A stretch of DNA of 27,320 nt from Hormoscilla sp. (GTDB taxonomy: Bacteria > Cyanobacteriota > Cyanobacteriia > Cyanobacteriales > Desertifilaceae): contig JBFRWI010000015.1 in the NCBI GenBank assembly GCA_051439505.1, positions 1-27,320 of the forward strand, in the 5' to 3' direction. The notes beneath the pieces are model-generated. The model made no database searches. It worked only from the letters and a program-made list of their open reading frames with translations, and was not told the DNA's origin. The position numbers and the translations under genes were made by a program. This document shows positions 26,146-27,320 of the stretch, one piece after another (the stretch's first letter is position 1; every line of letters begins with the position of its first letter).

Positions 26146-27105
26146 TTAGGCGGGCAAGCTTGCTACCACGAGGCCGAAAATATCCAGACTCCGATACTGC
26201 TCGCAGATTATCTGCGCGTATTTTTTGGAGTAAAATGGTCCGCTATTATATGCTGCTAGACCGTTAGCTACGGGATAGGGCGATAGTTCTGGGAATCTTG
26301 TCGCGATCGCTTCTGACTCGCGATCGCTAGACGGGACGACGACTACGTGATAGAGTTCTAAATCATCATGTTGACCCAGATACAGGGAAAACATACCGTT
26401 CAATTCCCCTAAGATTAACTGCTCCTCTTCGCAAAAATCATCATCAATGTTTACGAGGGCAGTGATAACATCTTTTAATTCACACACCTGCTTTGACGGC
26501 GGGTAAGTGGCTAGATAGTCAGCTAAGTCTTGGCGCAACTTGGCATAGTTTACATTCTTACCACCTTTTCTCTTACTTATTAACTCGTACCAGTCAAAAT
26601 CGATGTCCCAATTGTCGGCAAAAGACTGGATAAACTCTTGTTCTCGCGGATCGAGAACATCATCAATCATAGCAATCTGACAGAGAATATTGATGACTGT
26701 TTTTGCCCCATTTGGTTTCAGGAATGACTTGGCCAAATTGCCGGCTTCTTGTTTTTCCTGCTGGAATGCTTCTATGAATAGTCTCAAGAATCCTTTTTTT
26801 CTCTCCCCTTTCACCCATAATTTTATCCCGATCAGGATGTAGAATACTCCCAAACTAATATATAATAATGAGGATATCATCCCCTGCCACTGTCGCTCTA
26901 ATATAAAGTTCAATACCAATATGCTTTCTGGCACCAAACCGAGAATTTCTGCCGTGACCGAGATACTTTCAGCAACTGATTTTTCGTGTTTTCGCATCCA
27001 GAGTTTATTCGACTTTAGGTATAACCTTGTCACTGTTATGCCTAGTGATGCAAAGGCTAAGACATAGACTACCCTTTGGAAAATTTCCATCATATCCATC
27101 ATCAC
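26146..27105 (-). CDS. Membrane protein with a TerB-like domain
   Basis: Three N-terminal hydrophobic helices; QIAMIDDVLDPREQEFI and ALVNIDDDFCEEEQLIL are paired TerB-type acidic motifs. Confidence 0.7.
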   Translation of the reverse strand: MMMDMMEIFQRVVYVLAFASLGITVTRLYLKSNKLWMRKHEKSVAESISVTAEILGLVPESILVLNFILERQWQGMISSLLYISLGVFYILIGIKLWVKGERKKGFLRLFIEAFQQEKQEAGNLAKSFLKPNGAKTVINILCQIAMIDDVLDPREQEFIQSFADNWDIDFDWYELISKRKGGKNVNYAKLRQDLADYLATYPPSKQVCELKDVITALVNIDDDFCEEEQLILGELNGMFSLYLGQHDDLELYHVVVVPSSDRESEAIATRFPELSPYPVANGLAAYNSGPFYSKKYAQIICEQYRSLDIFGLVVASLPA

Positions 27106-27194
27106 TTAACTCCCATCTTAATGATTATTTAACATTCCCCGTTGCTTAGGGTTGGATCCAAGTCACTTTCTCTAACAGGAGTAAAGGGCGGCGC

Positions 27195-27320
27195 GGGTGT
27201 GGTCAAAACCCGTTGATCGTTCGGGCGGCCCTCCCAGTCGCCGGATCCCCCCAAACCCCCCTTAGAAAGGGGGGCTTCCGGAACCCCCCCCTTTTGGAAG
27301 GGGGGGTTTGGGGGGGATCC
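27195..27320. mobile_element. Second, inverted copy of the 152-bp MITE, cut by the window edge
   Basis: GGGTGTGGTCAAAACCCGTTGATCGTTCGG.CGGCCCTCCCAGTCGCCGGATCCCCCC.. is the reverse complement of 4948 back to about 4822. Confidence 0.92.

Noticed and set aside
1543..26328. Abundant GCGATCGC octamers as a novel repeat
   Set aside because: This is the well-known cyanobacterial HIP1; used only as a taxonomic indicator.

Overview
Chromosomal window from a filamentous cyanobacterium, probably Oscillatoriales-like. The basis is abundant HIP1 GCGATCGC octamers, ycf29/rre1, DUF2811, heptamer STRR repeats and many REP-like palindromes. Housekeeping and signalling genes: C5-cytosine methyltransferase running off the left edge (missing from the ORF track), S9 peptidase, ycf29, sugar transferase, ComFB protein, PHP protein, protoporphyrinogen oxidase, GAF/HD-GYP phosphodiesterase and a TerB-like membrane protein. 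Toxin-antitoxin-like genes are also present. The most notable content is two separate three-gene modules, each with a sigma-70-like/HTH regulator, a DUF1822 protein and a CHAT (caspase/HetF-type) protease. They suggest a protease / anti-sigma / sigma circuit. A 72-bp non-coding motif occurs five times around the second module. Other observations: a 152-bp MITE (14-bp TIR, 9-bp TSD) interrupting a DUF2283 gene, with a second copy at the right edge; a palindromic repeat translated in frame inside a CHAT domain; a DnaA-box cluster with no dnaA/dnaN nearby; and a protein with 287 consecutive residues lacking K, R and H. All family calls are from motif recognition by eye; no searches were run.
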